DNA of 63,346 bases, filler included, from Reticulomyxa filosa (lineage: Eukaryota > Protista > Foraminifera): assembly GCA_000512085.1 (NCBI GenBank). It is 18 parts of 18 records of this genome, joined end to end, with 100 filler letters (N's around TTAATTAATTAA, not from the genome) between each part and the next. Parts side by side here need not be neighbours in the genome. Positions count along the whole stretch, not along the records: positions 10,727 to 13,212 come from ASPP01023656.1; positions 13,313 to 18,785 come from ASPP01008895.1; positions 18,886 to 25,635 come from ASPP01019119.1; 15 more parts are not named here. One strand, 5' to 3'. This document shows positions 12,484 to 25,279 of this stretch, one piece after another. Within the stretch, counting starts at the first letter, position 1; the number at the start of each line of letters is the position of its first letter. Made by a program: the position numbers and the translations under genes. The notes under the pieces were generated by a model. That model was not told the origin of the DNA. It did no database searches and worked only from the letters and a program-made list of their open reading frames with translations.

Positions 12484-13399
12484 GTTCCTTAAAATGGCTG
12501 TGAGGTTCGGAAGAAGAATGAAGAGAGTCCTTACTTTTTTTTTCGAAAAAGTGAAAAAGTTTTTCTTTTTTTGTTTGTACGCTACAAACAAAATCAAATA
12601 AAAAAATTTAAAAAGTAAACCCATGCACACTTATACTGAAACAAATTGAGAAACATGACTATGTCAACTGACTAAAAGAGTATATCGTGCATTGAAATAA
12701 ACAAAACGATGATGTGTCTTTGTATGCATCAGAAAAGATGAAAAATCGGTTTTTATTATCCATTGTTTCTTCAATAACGTTTGTTGTTAACGTTCGCACA
12801 GTAAAGTTAAACACTCAACAAGTTTTCTGCCAAGGCGGGACAAACTAGAAAAATAGTCAAAACATTTAAAAAAGCAAAGCAGAGCGTATAATGAAATTAA
12901 AAGAGATAAAGAATTCCCACCGTAGCCGTCAAGTGCTTCGCTTGATGTATGGTTTAATGTTTGTGGTTGAATTATTAACACAACTGAGTGGCAACATTCC
13001 AGTAACAATGCAATTTCTGACATTTCCAATTGCCACAATAGTGATTGGTTCAATTACCTCTTTGATTGACGCAGATGACACAGACGCCAAAGTATAAAAA
13101 AAAGAAAATTTCTACAATCTCAAGTTCAAATCGAATAAATAAACAAAAAGAATTATTTTTTCAAAAAAAAAAAAAAAAAAAAAACGGAACGTAGAAAGAA
13201 TTGCAACCGAAANNNNNNNNNNNNNNNNNNNNNNNNNNNNNNNNNNNNNNNNNNNNTTAATTAATTAANNNNNNNNNNNNNNNNNNNNNNNNNNNNNNNN
13301 NNNNNNNNNNNNAACAAAATAATTGCCATGTGATTCCAATGGAATTGTATTTTAAGCTTAATACTTCAATCGCATTTTAAAAAATTTGTTTAATATTCA

Positions 13400-14570
13400 T
13401 TACGCCCAGATACGAATTAAATGATCCATAGAACCTGATACAATCATATTGCTATCTGGTGAAACAGTGATACTCACGAATCGACTAGATTGTGCTTCGA
13501 AATTCTGTATTTCTTGTCCCGTTTTCACATCCCATAAACGGATAGTGTGATCATTCGAACAAGATACAATAGTTTGACCATCTGAAAAATATTTCAAATC
13601 TCTCACAGTATCTGAATGGCCTGTTAACACTTTCAATTCCTTTCCTGTTTTTACATCCCATATTCGAATTGTACAATCATAGGAAGCTGATGCAATAAAT
13701 TGACCATCTGGAGAAAATGTCACTTTTGTTATGGATTTAGTATGCCCTTTTAGTTCTTTCAATCTTTCACCTGATTTTATATTCCATAAACCAATTGTTT
13801 TATTGTCAAATGGTGAAACAATTATTTGACCATCTGGTGAATATTCCACACTAAGTATGCTATCTGAAGGTCCGTTTAGTTTTTGAACTGTTTTTCCAGA
13901 ATTCACATCCCATATCCGTATTGTTTTATCTGCTGAAGATGATGCAATATATTTGCCATCTGGAGAAAAATTTACATCCCACACTGAACCCGAATGTCCT
14001 TTCAATTCCATCAGCTCCTTCCCTGACTTTATGTCCCATAATTTAATTGTTTTATCATATGAACATGAAACAACAGTATGTCCATCAGGTGAAAATTCTG
14101 CAGCATAGATATAATCGGAATGTCCTTGAAAAATTTGGAGTTGTTTTGCAGATGCAACATCCCATATTCTTACTGTTTTATCCCCTGATGCTGAAACAAT
14201 CTTGCGCCCATCTCTTGAAAATCTTACACTATAAGTTGGAGCCTCATGTCCTTGTAAGATTGTCAACAATCGAAAATCTTTTGCCTATGTTTTGAATGTT
14301 CGTGAATAATGTCCTCTTTTATATTTTAAAAACGACTTAACATATTTGACAACAAGCTTGTCAAGATCATTGATCCACCTAATCTCACTCTCAAAATTCG
14401 AACCCAATTTTGAATTATTATCTTTACTATCTTTTCTGTCTTCTTGTTTTTGTTAATCCGTCCATATGACAAAAGTGTACATACGCTTGACGACAAGGAC
14501 AAACGTGTACAAGCTATGAACCTACCGATTGTAGTATTGTATTTATATTTTCGTTGATCGTAGTGGTCAT
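13400..14570 (-). CDS. WD40-repeat protein (7 blades), paralogue A, with 5' introns
   Basis: Seven GH...FSPDG..IVS.S.D.TIRIWD repeats; upstream exon KIIIQNWVRILRVRLGGSMIL/GWINDLDKLVVKY-type; ATG at 14570. Confidence 0.93.
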
Positions 14571-14907
14571 TTCCTCACCTTTTTGTATTTTATCAAAAAG
14601 AACAAACAATTTTGAATGATCCTTCTAAATAAATTTTGAGTTTACTGATAGCCTTGCTATTCGTCCCCTTTTTTTGTTTACCTTTATTGGAATAACGTAT
14701 GGTATTTAACAAAATAAACTAAACAAGCAGATTTAAAACTTGTGATTACCTAATAGTATATTTAATTTTCTCATCGAAAAGATACTCGCAAACAACCAAA
14801 AACATCTAAAAATTCTTTTTTTTGTAGAAAGAGAAATTGAGTGTAACCAATCTTATACAAAGCTGATTATTAAAACTTGTTTAAAAAAAAATTGTTATAA
14901 AGTTTCA

Positions 14908-16132
14908 TTATCCCCAGATCCCTATGGTTTTATCAGCAGAAGATGATACAATTGTACTACTATCTGATGAAATATCAACACTTGTCACAGAGTCACGATG
15001 TTCCTTCCATTTATATATTTCATTTCCTGTTTTTACGTCCCATAAACGAACTGTTTTATCGTCTGAGCCTGATATAATAGTTTGTCCATCTGGGAAATAT
15101 TTGACATCATTTACTACGTCTGAATGTCCTTCAAGTTTTTTCAATTCTCTTCCTGTTTCTATATCCCATATTCGAATTGTTTGATCATCTGAACATGATA
15201 AAATAGATTTATTATCTGGCGAAAATTCTGCCCGCATTATGATATTGGAATGTCCTTCTAATGTTTTTAATTTTTTACCTGATTTTACACTCCATAAAGT
15301 AATTAAATTATCACAAGATGTTGATACAACCATTTGACCATCTGGTGAAAATCTTATATTCTGTACACCTTCTGGATGAGCTGATAATCTTTGTATTTCT
15401 TTTCCAGAAGTTGCATCCCACAATATTATTGTCCCATCAGATGCGCTTGATATTATATATTTACCATTTGGAGAAAAGTTCACACTCCATACTGGATTTA
15501 AATGTCCTTCCAATTTCATTATTTCTTTTCCTGATTCCACACTCCACAATCGAATTGTCGTATCTTCTGAACATGATATAACAATATGTCTATCTGGTGA
15601 AAATTCTGCATTAAAAACCCAATCAGAATGTCCTTTGCAAATTTGAAGCTGTTCTCCTGACTCAACATCCCATATTCGAACAGTATTATCATCTGATGAC
15701 GAAACAACCTTGCTATTATCTGCTGAAAATTTTATACTGCTTATTTCACCAATATGTCCTTTTAACTTTTTCAATAATTTAAAATATTTAGCCTATTTAA
15801 ATTTATTAATAATTGACAATAAAAATATATTACACTCTTGGCTCAAAAAAAAAAAGCAAATAACATATTTTGTGACAATCTTGTTAAAATCATTGATCCA
15901 CCCTAATTTAATATTCAAACTTCTAAGCCAATTTTCAATTATTATTTGTACGTTTTTTTCTGACTTTTTATTGTATATTCATAAAAAATACATTTATTTT
16001 GTCTGTAATAACAACAATGTATTTATTATAAGAGTTTACCAAGTGTGGTACTGTGTTGCTTTCAGTATTCGTTCCTTCATCAGGCTTATTTGTATCGAAA
16101 GGAGAACGATCCACATTGTCCTTTGCAGTCAT
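14908..16132 (-). CDS. WD40-repeat protein (7 blades), paralogue B, with 5' introns
   Basis: Same architecture as paralogue A; upstream exon QIIIENWLRSLNIKLGWINDFNKIVTKY; ATG at 16132. Confidence 0.93.
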
Positions 16133-16916
16133 TTCAATCTTTTTTAGTTATGCCAACGATTTTGAGATCAAATACAATTATTTGAAAAACTCTGAATTTT
16201 GAATTTTCAATTTTGCTCTTTTTTTGTTGGACTAGTTAAACCTTGAGTTATTTCAAAAAATTTGATACTAAATGAAAAATGATAATAATGTCATACCTGT
16301 CAAATAATAATAACATTTACGAAGATGAGATAAATGATACGTTTTATTTCACTTTGTTTTTTCATATGCTTTATCTTTTTAAATCCCTCGAAAAAAAAAA
16401 ATTGAGCAAGGCAGCACTCGAATAACGATTCGTTTGTGGGGACACCTTATTTATCATGTCTGCTTATTGTAAAATATTTTTAAAACTGTCACACGTAAAA
16501 TGTAAAGAGTACACAAAAGTAAATAGTTCGCTTTGCTGAATTTTAAATTAATGGGTTTTTATCTGATACAACACCTTGTTCAATATTGATAACGTCTTTT
16601 TTTTCTTTAGTTGGTGTGACAGATATGACACGAAACTGTAGGAAATTTGATTTTCAAAATGGACCAAAAAAATGAATTAATTTGAGTACATGTGTTTTTG
16701 TTAACAACTTGTAGACGGTAAATAGACATCTCATTATAATGATTTTCGTCTTGGAAATTACTTTGGAATTATTAATCGTAGTGCAAATATTTCAATTAAT
16801 TACAGATGTCATAAACAAAGAAAATCAAACCTTCCCTCTTCTTTTTTTGATTTTTGAACTTTTTTCTTTACTCTGCCTTCTCTGTATTTTTCTTTTTTGT
16901 ATTGTTATTCACTACC

Positions 16917-18785
16917 ATGTCTTCGTTTATTGCCTTGGTCTTGGCGTTTTTCATCTCTTTTGTTGTCAATAGTGCTCACAATTGTGAAGTCCCTACAACA
17001 AACGACAAGGTGTTGTTTTTATCAGATGTATACAATCCAGATTATGGTTCTGTTTTAACATCGTTAAATTACGGCTATGATGTGGTTACACGTACTGAGT
17101 GGATGTCTTATTCGACAAAACAATTTGCAGTTTATTCTGCAATTGTATTTTGTGATATGAATTCAAGATCAACAAGTATTTTAAACGCTGCAGTGAATTC
17201 ATCAAGCGTGTGGTCGAAGGCCATTACTGGTAATATTATTGTAATCGGTTCAGATGAGGCGTCTCATCGCCAAGGAAGCGCATTACTAAAATCAGCACTT
17301 TCATTTGTGTTAAGTGATCGTTGCAATACAGGATTATATGTGTCACTATCTGAATTTTATGAAAATGCGGTGCCACAAAAAGTGGAATTATTAAAGCACT
17401 TTGGAACATTTAAAAGTTATTTCCCAAGTGGAAATTGTTATGATGATATTCATATTGTATCTGAACATCCAGCATTGCGCAATTTAACAGACGGTGATTT
17501 GTCCAATTGGGGATGCAGTGTACATGAAGTGTTTTCCATATACCCATCCGACTTTTATCCTTTGGCAATTGCTGCCAATATTATTGGAGAATATGGTACC
17601 TTATACTTTAGTGATGGTTCATATGGAATACCTTATATTTTAGTGCAAGGCGATGCAATAGCTCCTGTTTCATGTACACATAATAAAACACGTACATGTG
17701 ATGACAATGACCAACGTTGCCGTTATACGTATTATCAAATTGAAGTATCACAACGAGAGGGATCAGTTTTTGGAGGGGATGCTATTTACATCACAGGTCC
17801 ATGTTTTGATTCGATATCTCGATGGCAATGTCAATTTGGTGCTGTTACAGTGAATATGACTACATTGAATGTATCTGTTGGATTATGCGTTTCACCGCCA
17901 AGTAATGTGTCTGGCGTCGTGCCGTTTGCAATATTGAGATTGAATCAATATTACCAAGGCTTAGTGTTGACTACGTTTTATTATCAAAGTCCATTCCAAG
18001 AAGATAAATACGAAGTTCAATTGATATTCAATTCCAGTTGGAAAGATTCACAATCAAATATGGAGTTTGTTAGCGTAGACAACACTGATGTGAGAATTGA
18101 GTGGAATACCACACAAATTCAAGACAATTATGTAGACATTGTTTTATATGAAACATCTCAAAATGAAAGCGGTTCATTCTTATTATTGCTTGGTGTTATT
18201 GCAAGACATACACGAAACACTGGAGTGTTTACTGGTAGTTTCAAAGCAACATTATTCAATGGCTCTGATTCTTCATTTTCACTGCAGCTGCAAAAATACA
18301 AATACACTTCTTTGGTCGTTGTTATCTATCGTAGTGATGATGATGATACTCGTAGAGCTTTGCTTTTTCTTGGTCTTGCTCATAACATCAGGCATAGATT
18401 TTTTTCAAAGGTATTTATTGGAGTACTACGTACACTTTCATGTCTTGCATGGGCAGCTGCTGATGAATATTTCATAGGTAATGGTTGGATAGTAGGTTTA
18501 CCTGATTGTCCTTTACGATATCCATTTGCCCGAAACGCGTGTATATCTCCGAGATGGTATGTTATACATATATGCAGTTTAAAAAACAGCGACACTACTT
18601 TTAATCCTTATTTTTTTTAAAAAAAATAAAAAAAGGATCAGAGATGAAATATGTCAGGACGGGTCAATTGGATGTTTGATTTTTCACGCTGGTGCTTACA
18701 ATTGTATTCGCGCTACTGCTCCTGGATCGTTCTCTGGACAACAATGTTGTTACACAATTGATGATAATTTGTGTACTTCAGGAAG
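16917..18785 (+). CDS. Secreted/surface protein with IPT/TIG-like and AMOP domains (SUSD2/mesh-like), 3' truncated
   Basis: Signal peptide MSSFIALVLAFFISFVVNSA; GSVFGGDAIYITGPCF...CQFG...GLCVSP (IPT); LPDCP; after intron 18557-18635 CLIFHAGAYNCIRATAPGSFSGQQCCY (AMOP motif). Confidence 0.8.
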
Positions 18786-19022
18786 NNNNNNNNNNNNNNN
18801 NNNNNNNNNNNNNNNNNNNNNNNNNNNNNTTAATTAATTAANNNNNNNNNNNNNNNNNNNNNNNNNNNNNNNNNNNNNNNNNNNNTGTTTATATGTATGT
18901 TATATGTATGTTCATATGTATGTTTATATTTATGTTCATATGTATGTGTTTGTACATTTATTTTCTTCTCATCTACGTAGCTTTGACATCGTGTATGTGC
19001 ATATGCATATTCCACAAAGACA

Positions 19023-20063
19023 TCAAAAAAACAAAACTTCACTGGATAGTCTTCTTTCCACTTTGTAATGTCCCTTTTTCAACTTCATAAGTTTTTGCTT
19101 GTGTTCGATCAAAGTCTCCAAGTCCTCTAGCTCGCTGTTCAGCTCTGGTTTCTGCTGTCTGCGTGGTGAGTTTCTTTTGGAGGTGGAGGAGGAAGAGGTA
19201 ATGAGTATGTGCTGCGCTTGTGGCAACGTCATGGTCGTAGTGATCCTGGGCAGAATAGTGGCCGTGGGCGTGGTTGCCTTATTCAAAGAGTGCGGGTCGC
19301 GTGTAAGTTTGGAGGAAAAGTACAACGAATTGACCGTCGTGCTTCGGACCAATGCCTTGGCATTATTGTCTTTCAAAGTGCTTTTGGCGTCACTCGACTT
19401 TTGGCGATACACGCTTTTGTCATCTTTTATTGGGTCGCATTCGTCGTCTTGTTTATCCTGATCATCGCCGGAGGATCCATAGATATCATCCAATTCTTTC
19501 GAAAATGCCCTTGTCGATACTTGTTTTTTCATTATTGTTATGTTGAAGTTGTTATATTTTGATCCATAATCATCGCCATTCGATGACACCCCCGTCTCTT
19601 TGGTATCGTCTGTCCATTCCTTCTTTTTGCCTTTCTTATACTGTTGCTGCTTTTCCACTTTCTTCACATATCTCTCACTCATTTGTTTTCCTTGCTCCTG
19701 GTCTTGGTTTGTCGCTCTTCGCTGTCCTCCCTTCGACACCAAAGTAAACGCAGACTCGTGTCCTGGCGGATAGTACCATTGACTATCCGTATCCACGCCT
19801 ACGTCCTCATCCGAATATGAGGCCGAGTATTGAGGTGTGTGCTTGCTTTGGTTTTTCAGGTGCGAACGGGGGTTTGGAGGGGGAGGCTTTGATGGCCGAT
19901 TCTTTTTTATCTTGTTTGACGAAATCTGTCTTTTTTTCGCAGGCACGTCTAGGGGGTCTGACTCCGTTGCCATCACTTCCAGTGTCTCCACTCCATTGCT
20001 TTGCGAAGCCAAGGGTTGGAGTAATTCCGAAGGATTGGAAGTTGAGGTTATCATTCGTCCCAA
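19023..20063 (-). CDS. Hypothetical low-complexity/disordered protein
   Basis: 346-codon GC-richer ORF, rich in K/S/T/D, with no recognisable domain; exon boundaries uncertain. Confidence 0.55.
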   Translation of the reverse strand: MGRMITSTSNPSELLQPLASQSNGVETLEVMATESDPLDVPAKKRQISSNKIKKNRPSKPPPPNPRSHLKNQSKHTPQYSASYSDEDVGVDTDSQWYYPPGHESAFTLVSKGGQRRATNQDQEQGKQMSERYVKKVEKQQQYKKGKKKEWTDDTKETGVSSNGDDYGSKYNNFNITIMKKQVSTRAFSKELDDIYGSSGDDQDKQDDECDPIKDDKSVYRQKSSDAKSTLKDNNAKALVRSTTVNSLYFSSKLTRDPHSLNKATTPTATILPRITTTMTLPQAQHILITSSSSTSKRNSPRRQQKPELNSELEDLETLIEHKQKLMKLKKGHYKVERRLSSEVLFF

Positions 20064-20828
20064 TTTACAAGCGGCAGATTATCCACGTCAGATCTTCTTT
20101 TTTAACAAAAAAAAAACAAGCTGTCACGTTATATGTAATCAGATACATCATTCCAAAGATGCAGATCAAAATAATTGCTACGTCCAATCAACAATCTAAA
20201 TTTAGTAAGTAAAATTTAATAAAGGAATAAAAAACAATCACAGTAATAATATAGATTTGCTAGAAAACATGATCAACTAAAGCATAATCTCTTTCTTTTT
20301 TACTGCAAATATCCAAAGTACTACAGATGTAATTTCTTTGTACGTTGTACAAATGTTTTTGACGTTGTTGTTTCGACAGCAAGAATTGTTTTGTGAATTA
20401 ATGCCAATTATTTCAAAACCAAAAGATATTCTATTTGCATCCAACTGTGAACAAGTTTCAAGTTTTCAATAACCAAAACCAATGTGAACAAGCGAAAAAG
20501 AAAAAAGATCCAATTTAGCTGAAAAAACAATGAAACTGAAACTTATTATTATCACAAGAAATAAATTACGTTTTCTACGATGTTTAGTTTTGTTTTTTGT
20601 GTTTTTGGAATTTTGAAAATTGAAAGATAATGTACAAAACAAAGGAATGAGCTAAGAAATAAAAAAAAATTGTAGCAATATTGAATTTTTAGAAATTGGC
20701 TCGAAACTTCGGACAGCAAATAAGTAAACAAGACATAAACCTTTAACTTGGATCTCAAACCTTTTGGAAACCCGAACGCTCAATTTGCAAAAAATAAGGA
20801 AATCCAATAAAAATAAGAGAACAGAAAC

Positions 20829-21792
20829 ATGCAGCAATTGTCATCAATGGAAAATACAGTGTTAGGAATATGTGCTGGTTTAGTTGAAATAGGAATGGCT
20901 CAACCGTTGTTGTACTGGAAAAACGCGGTCCAACAAAAATTGCCGTGGACAATAAATCCAAGGTATTTGTACCGTGGACTGGCAGCAAATGCAATAAATT
21001 TTAGCGTTTTATGTGGCATTCAATTTTTTGGGACAGGAGTGATCCAACAAATGATCGTAGGGAAAGATTCACTGGATCGAAGACTGACCCACACAGAGAC
21101 AATTGCAGCTTCTTTTGGAGGAGGTGTTATCTCTGGTTTTATTTGTGGTCCATTGGAACTAGTGGTTGTGCAACAACAAGTTTGTAGTATTTAAAGAAAA
21201 TGTTACGTCCAATACATCTTGATCTTTGTATCCACTGAAGGATATATGCACATGTGCGTGTTTGTGCAGAGTATAAATAAATGTGTATATGCATATATGT
21301 GTGTATATAATGCACATTTTTATTTGTTTGGAACAGCGGTTTGGTGGAACGTTGTGGCATACCCCCTATCGTCTGACCAAGAAATTTGGTTCTTTCGCTT
21401 TGTCGCGAGGTCTTGTAACTTCACTGGTTCGAGAAGGAGTTTTTACTGCAAGCTATTTGGGTGTAATGCCAGTGGTGAAGGAAAAGATACGAGCCAAAGA
21501 AGTGATATCAAATGAATATGCCATTCACTTATTCAGTGGAATGATCGCTGGTTTTCTTGGTGCCTTCACTACTCATCCTGTTGACACTGTCAAAACTTGT
21601 ATGCAAGGAGATATTGAACGTGCTCAATATACCAATATCATCAATACCTTCAAAAAAGTGTATGCACAAGGAGGAATGAAACGCCTCTACTATGGCTTTG
21701 GCTGGAGGTATTCCAGCATTTGTTTGGCTGTCACTGTTTTGGACAAGAGCAAAGAACTGTTGGCCCCATTGCTTTTCCCAAAATATTTTTAA
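20829..21792 (+). CDS. Mitochondrial carrier (SLC25) family protein; join(20829..21179,21337..21792)
   Basis: Three carrier signature variants PLLYWKNAVQ, PLELVVVQQQ and PVDTVKTCMQ, plus LYRGL and QGGMKRLYYG; GT-AG intron. Confidence 0.92.
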
Positions 21793-22275
21793 TATTGTCT
21801 TTTGATTAATCTTTAAACAAACAAAAAAAGGTACTGTTGTTGGGGTGTATTATGTAAATTATTTATTTTTGTTTTTAATTTTTTTGCATTTTCAAGTATA
21901 ATTTCGTATCTGTCTATACTAAGCCAATAATCTGCTCTAACAAATGTATCTTAATTCTTCAATTGTCTTTAGCACAATCATTATTTTAAAGAATACTCTT
22001 GATTTATTTTGCAATTGACATGAATTGTTTGTTTCGGGATTTTCTGCCATTTGATTATTTCATTTCTCTCCTTTACTTTTATTTATGAATTTACATTACG
22101 AAGTTTCACTATTCTCTAAAAGCAAAATACATCCACTTAGTTTCACGTGTTGACGTCGAAAACAGCTGCACTGAACTTTTGTTCTAAAAAGACTCGTCAG
22201 TCCCTGACAAAACTTTTAAGTTTTTTGGTTTTCAGAATTTGTCTTATTGTTCATTACCAGCTACTACTTCTTTCA

Positions 22276-24561
22276 ATGAGTCAAAAAATGCAGACGTAAG
22301 TTTATTGTCCAAATAAGTGTATTTATTCCGAAAAAAAAACTTGGTGTACTCATCAATAGACAACCCGCCCAGAACAAGGGGAAAAAAAATAAGCAAAAAA
22401 AGAAGACGGCAGAACCTGACGATACAAAAGATATATCATGGACTTTTGGTAATTTTTTTAAAAATTGACCATACATTTTTTAATGTACTGTTGCAAAAAA
22501 AAAAAAAAGATGACCTACCGGCAACGAAGACAGCAAACGATGACGGATTTGGACAACAAAAAGCAACGAAGAAAGAACCAGAAAAGGATAAAGAAAAAGA
22601 ATTGGATAGCGAAAAGGGTAAACGAAAGAGTTTGACAAATCAAGGAATTCAAGATCGCTTATGGGAAAAGGAACAATTGCAAGAAATCAATCTTCGAGTT
22701 GATAACATTTTCAATGTGTTTGGTGCTAAAATTGGAGAAAAGGGCGACAAGATGCCTGGACTTAATGAAGACGTGTTGAACGAACTCCGTGATCAGCAAA
22801 ACAAAGCGATGAAGGATTTGTCTGACAACTTCCTCAACAAGGAAGCAAAAAAAGCCAAAGAGTTGGCTGATACCAAAGCTGAAATTCGAGCCTTGCAAGA
22901 GTTTTGTAGCGACATTTTTTTTTGTTAAAAAGTCCGAATTTTATGCAACCAATCCCAAATAATAACATCAATTTCAAAGGAAATGCGAGGACCTGGGCAA
23001 AGAATTAAAGGACTTGAACTTGAAAAATGATAAGTTGAAGAAAGACAACTCAAACTTAAAAAATGAAAAGGATGATGCTATTCGTGAAAAAGACAAAGTT
23101 CTTTTGCTTTATTTTTTAAAATGTGAAATAATGTAAGTACAACGTTTATGCGTGCACACTGTAGTTGTTGAATGAAACGCAAAACGTGAAAGACTCTTTG
23201 GAAGCACAGCTGGAGGCACTTCAAAACGAAAACGAAAAACTAATAAAAATCAAAGCAAGTGCCCAGGATCCGGAAGACGAAATGCAAAAAAGATTTGCAG
23301 ATAAATTAGCGGAGGTAATTTTGATTGAGACAAACATCAAACAAACAAAAGTAAAATGTACTATTTTACAAAAACGCAGATGTTGCAAGAACGTGACGAT
23401 TATTACAACCAATTGAAAGATCAAATGGACGATGCGTTCCAAAAACAAATGAAGGAAATGCAAAAAAGCTATGATAAACAAATTGATGACTTGAAGGAAG
23501 GCGGTGAAGCTCAAAAAAAAGAATTGGGTGACTTGCAAACGGAGTTGCTAAAAGCGGCACAAGATAGAGACCAAGCAAAACGAGATTTGGATAAAGAGGT
23601 TTGTTTTTTCAACAAAATAAAACAACTGCACGTAAAACAAAAAAACGAATACATTATTGCAAAATTGGATGACAGAAATCACTTCGTGAAGCTCTCGAAA
23701 ATGAACTGAAAAAACAAAAAGACGGCGCAAAAGATGAGCTAAAACGCGTTAAAGATAAAAACGATCAAGTCCAAAAAGACTATCGACAAATGTGTGACGA
23801 CTACTTTGCTTTAGAAAAAATCAATTTAGATTTGCGAGTGGAAATTCAGGCATTGAAACAAAAATTGGATAAATTTGAGGAACAACACAAAATTGAAAGC
23901 CCACTTCGTCCAAAAAAACGTCGTCGAACGGAATCGTCTTTGATGGTTCGGTGCATTTTCATATCTTTTTTTAAAAATTATTTGTCAATACAACGAATTG
24001 TTTAAAACAAAAGGAAGCAAAGGTATTAAAATCAGTGAAAGGGCCTTTGATCGAATCTCAAAGCGTATTTCCGTTAGACTGTATTATGTGGCAGTATGAA
24101 GGTGATTGGACAGGCTTTGAATTGCAAAATCAATGGAACAAGCCCATCGTCCTCAAAGGATGGTATTTGTCTGATGTTGACCAATCATCTCGTTTGTTGC
24201 TTCCAGAAAAAAGACTAAATCCAAGTTAAATTGGTTCATTTTGTATTTCTATTTTGCTATCAATCGCATACAATTTTATTGTAATAAATGAAACATAGTG
24301 GATATCATTCGAGTTTGTTTAACTGAGAACAAAAAAGAGGCAACCGACTTGGTGTGGAAGGATTTAAAACTTAAGAAAGGGGATTATCATGAATTATGGA
24401 TTGATGATATGCTGGGCTTAAGACATAAACTTGCCTCGGTTTCTGTGCCCGCAAATACATCTGGCTTTGTTAAGTAGATAACAAAGTACTTCTTAACCAA
24501 GGTAATTGTAATGATCTGATGTGAATTGCTATAGACGGCTGATGCTTGTTTTGTCATGTAA
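22276..24561 (+). CDS. Lamin-like intermediate filament protein (~554 aa, 10 exons, LTD + CaaX)
   Basis: join(22276..22295,22360..22448,22510..22900,22980..23097,23165..23314,23380..23598,23676..23945,24014..24224,24299..24468,24535..24561) is an open frame with nine GT-AG introns of 61-79 nt. Motifs: RLWEKEQLQEINLRV (coil 1A), LDLRVEIQALKQKLDKFEE (rod end), SPLRPKKRRR (CDK site + NLS), GFELQNQWNKPIVLKGWYL (LTD) and terminal CFVM*. Confidence 0.85.
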
Positions 24562-25279
24562 AAGCAAAAGATTGAAAAAGAGGTTTTTTGGTTTTGTGAT
24601 CAAAATGGGGAACGTACGGTATTGGGGCTGATCAAAATATGTTAGTGGATTGTTTTTTTTCACAATTTTTTTTTCTTTTTTTTTTGGTGGTGTCTTTTTG
24701 TGACAATGGAAAGGGAAATTTTTGTTTGATGTTGAGAATTATAAACGTTTTTCACAAAGCGATTTTGTTCTTTAAATTTCACAAAACTCGATAAGAAGCA
24801 TGATACATATTTTTGCACCGTAAAAAGGTTTTTGATATACTACTATATTATACGAGATGAATTATACAATAACAATGTAAATTCATGTTATTGCAACCGG
24901 AATGGATTGACTAGTAAATTTAGATTTATGCTTCAAAAAATTTCGTCCTAGTTTTTAAGTTTTTTGAACGTAAAAATAATTAAAATGTACACTTGTAATA
25001 ACATTGCAGAAATGAATCATTGACAAAGTGATCGCAACGAAAAATTATATGTATGATTTATCAAAAGTTAGAAAATACTACCGGTTGGAAGAAACAGACT
25101 TGTTGCAAGTATTGCCAAATTTTTAGAGGCAAGTATAATGCATACAAAAGGTATGTTATATCAACACCAAGCTATTGGGAAATCAGAAAAACAGAAAATA
25201 TGCAATGACGAAATGAATAAAAATGTTATTTAAGATGAAGATAATGTTAAGAATATGATATTACTGTAGACGAATATTG

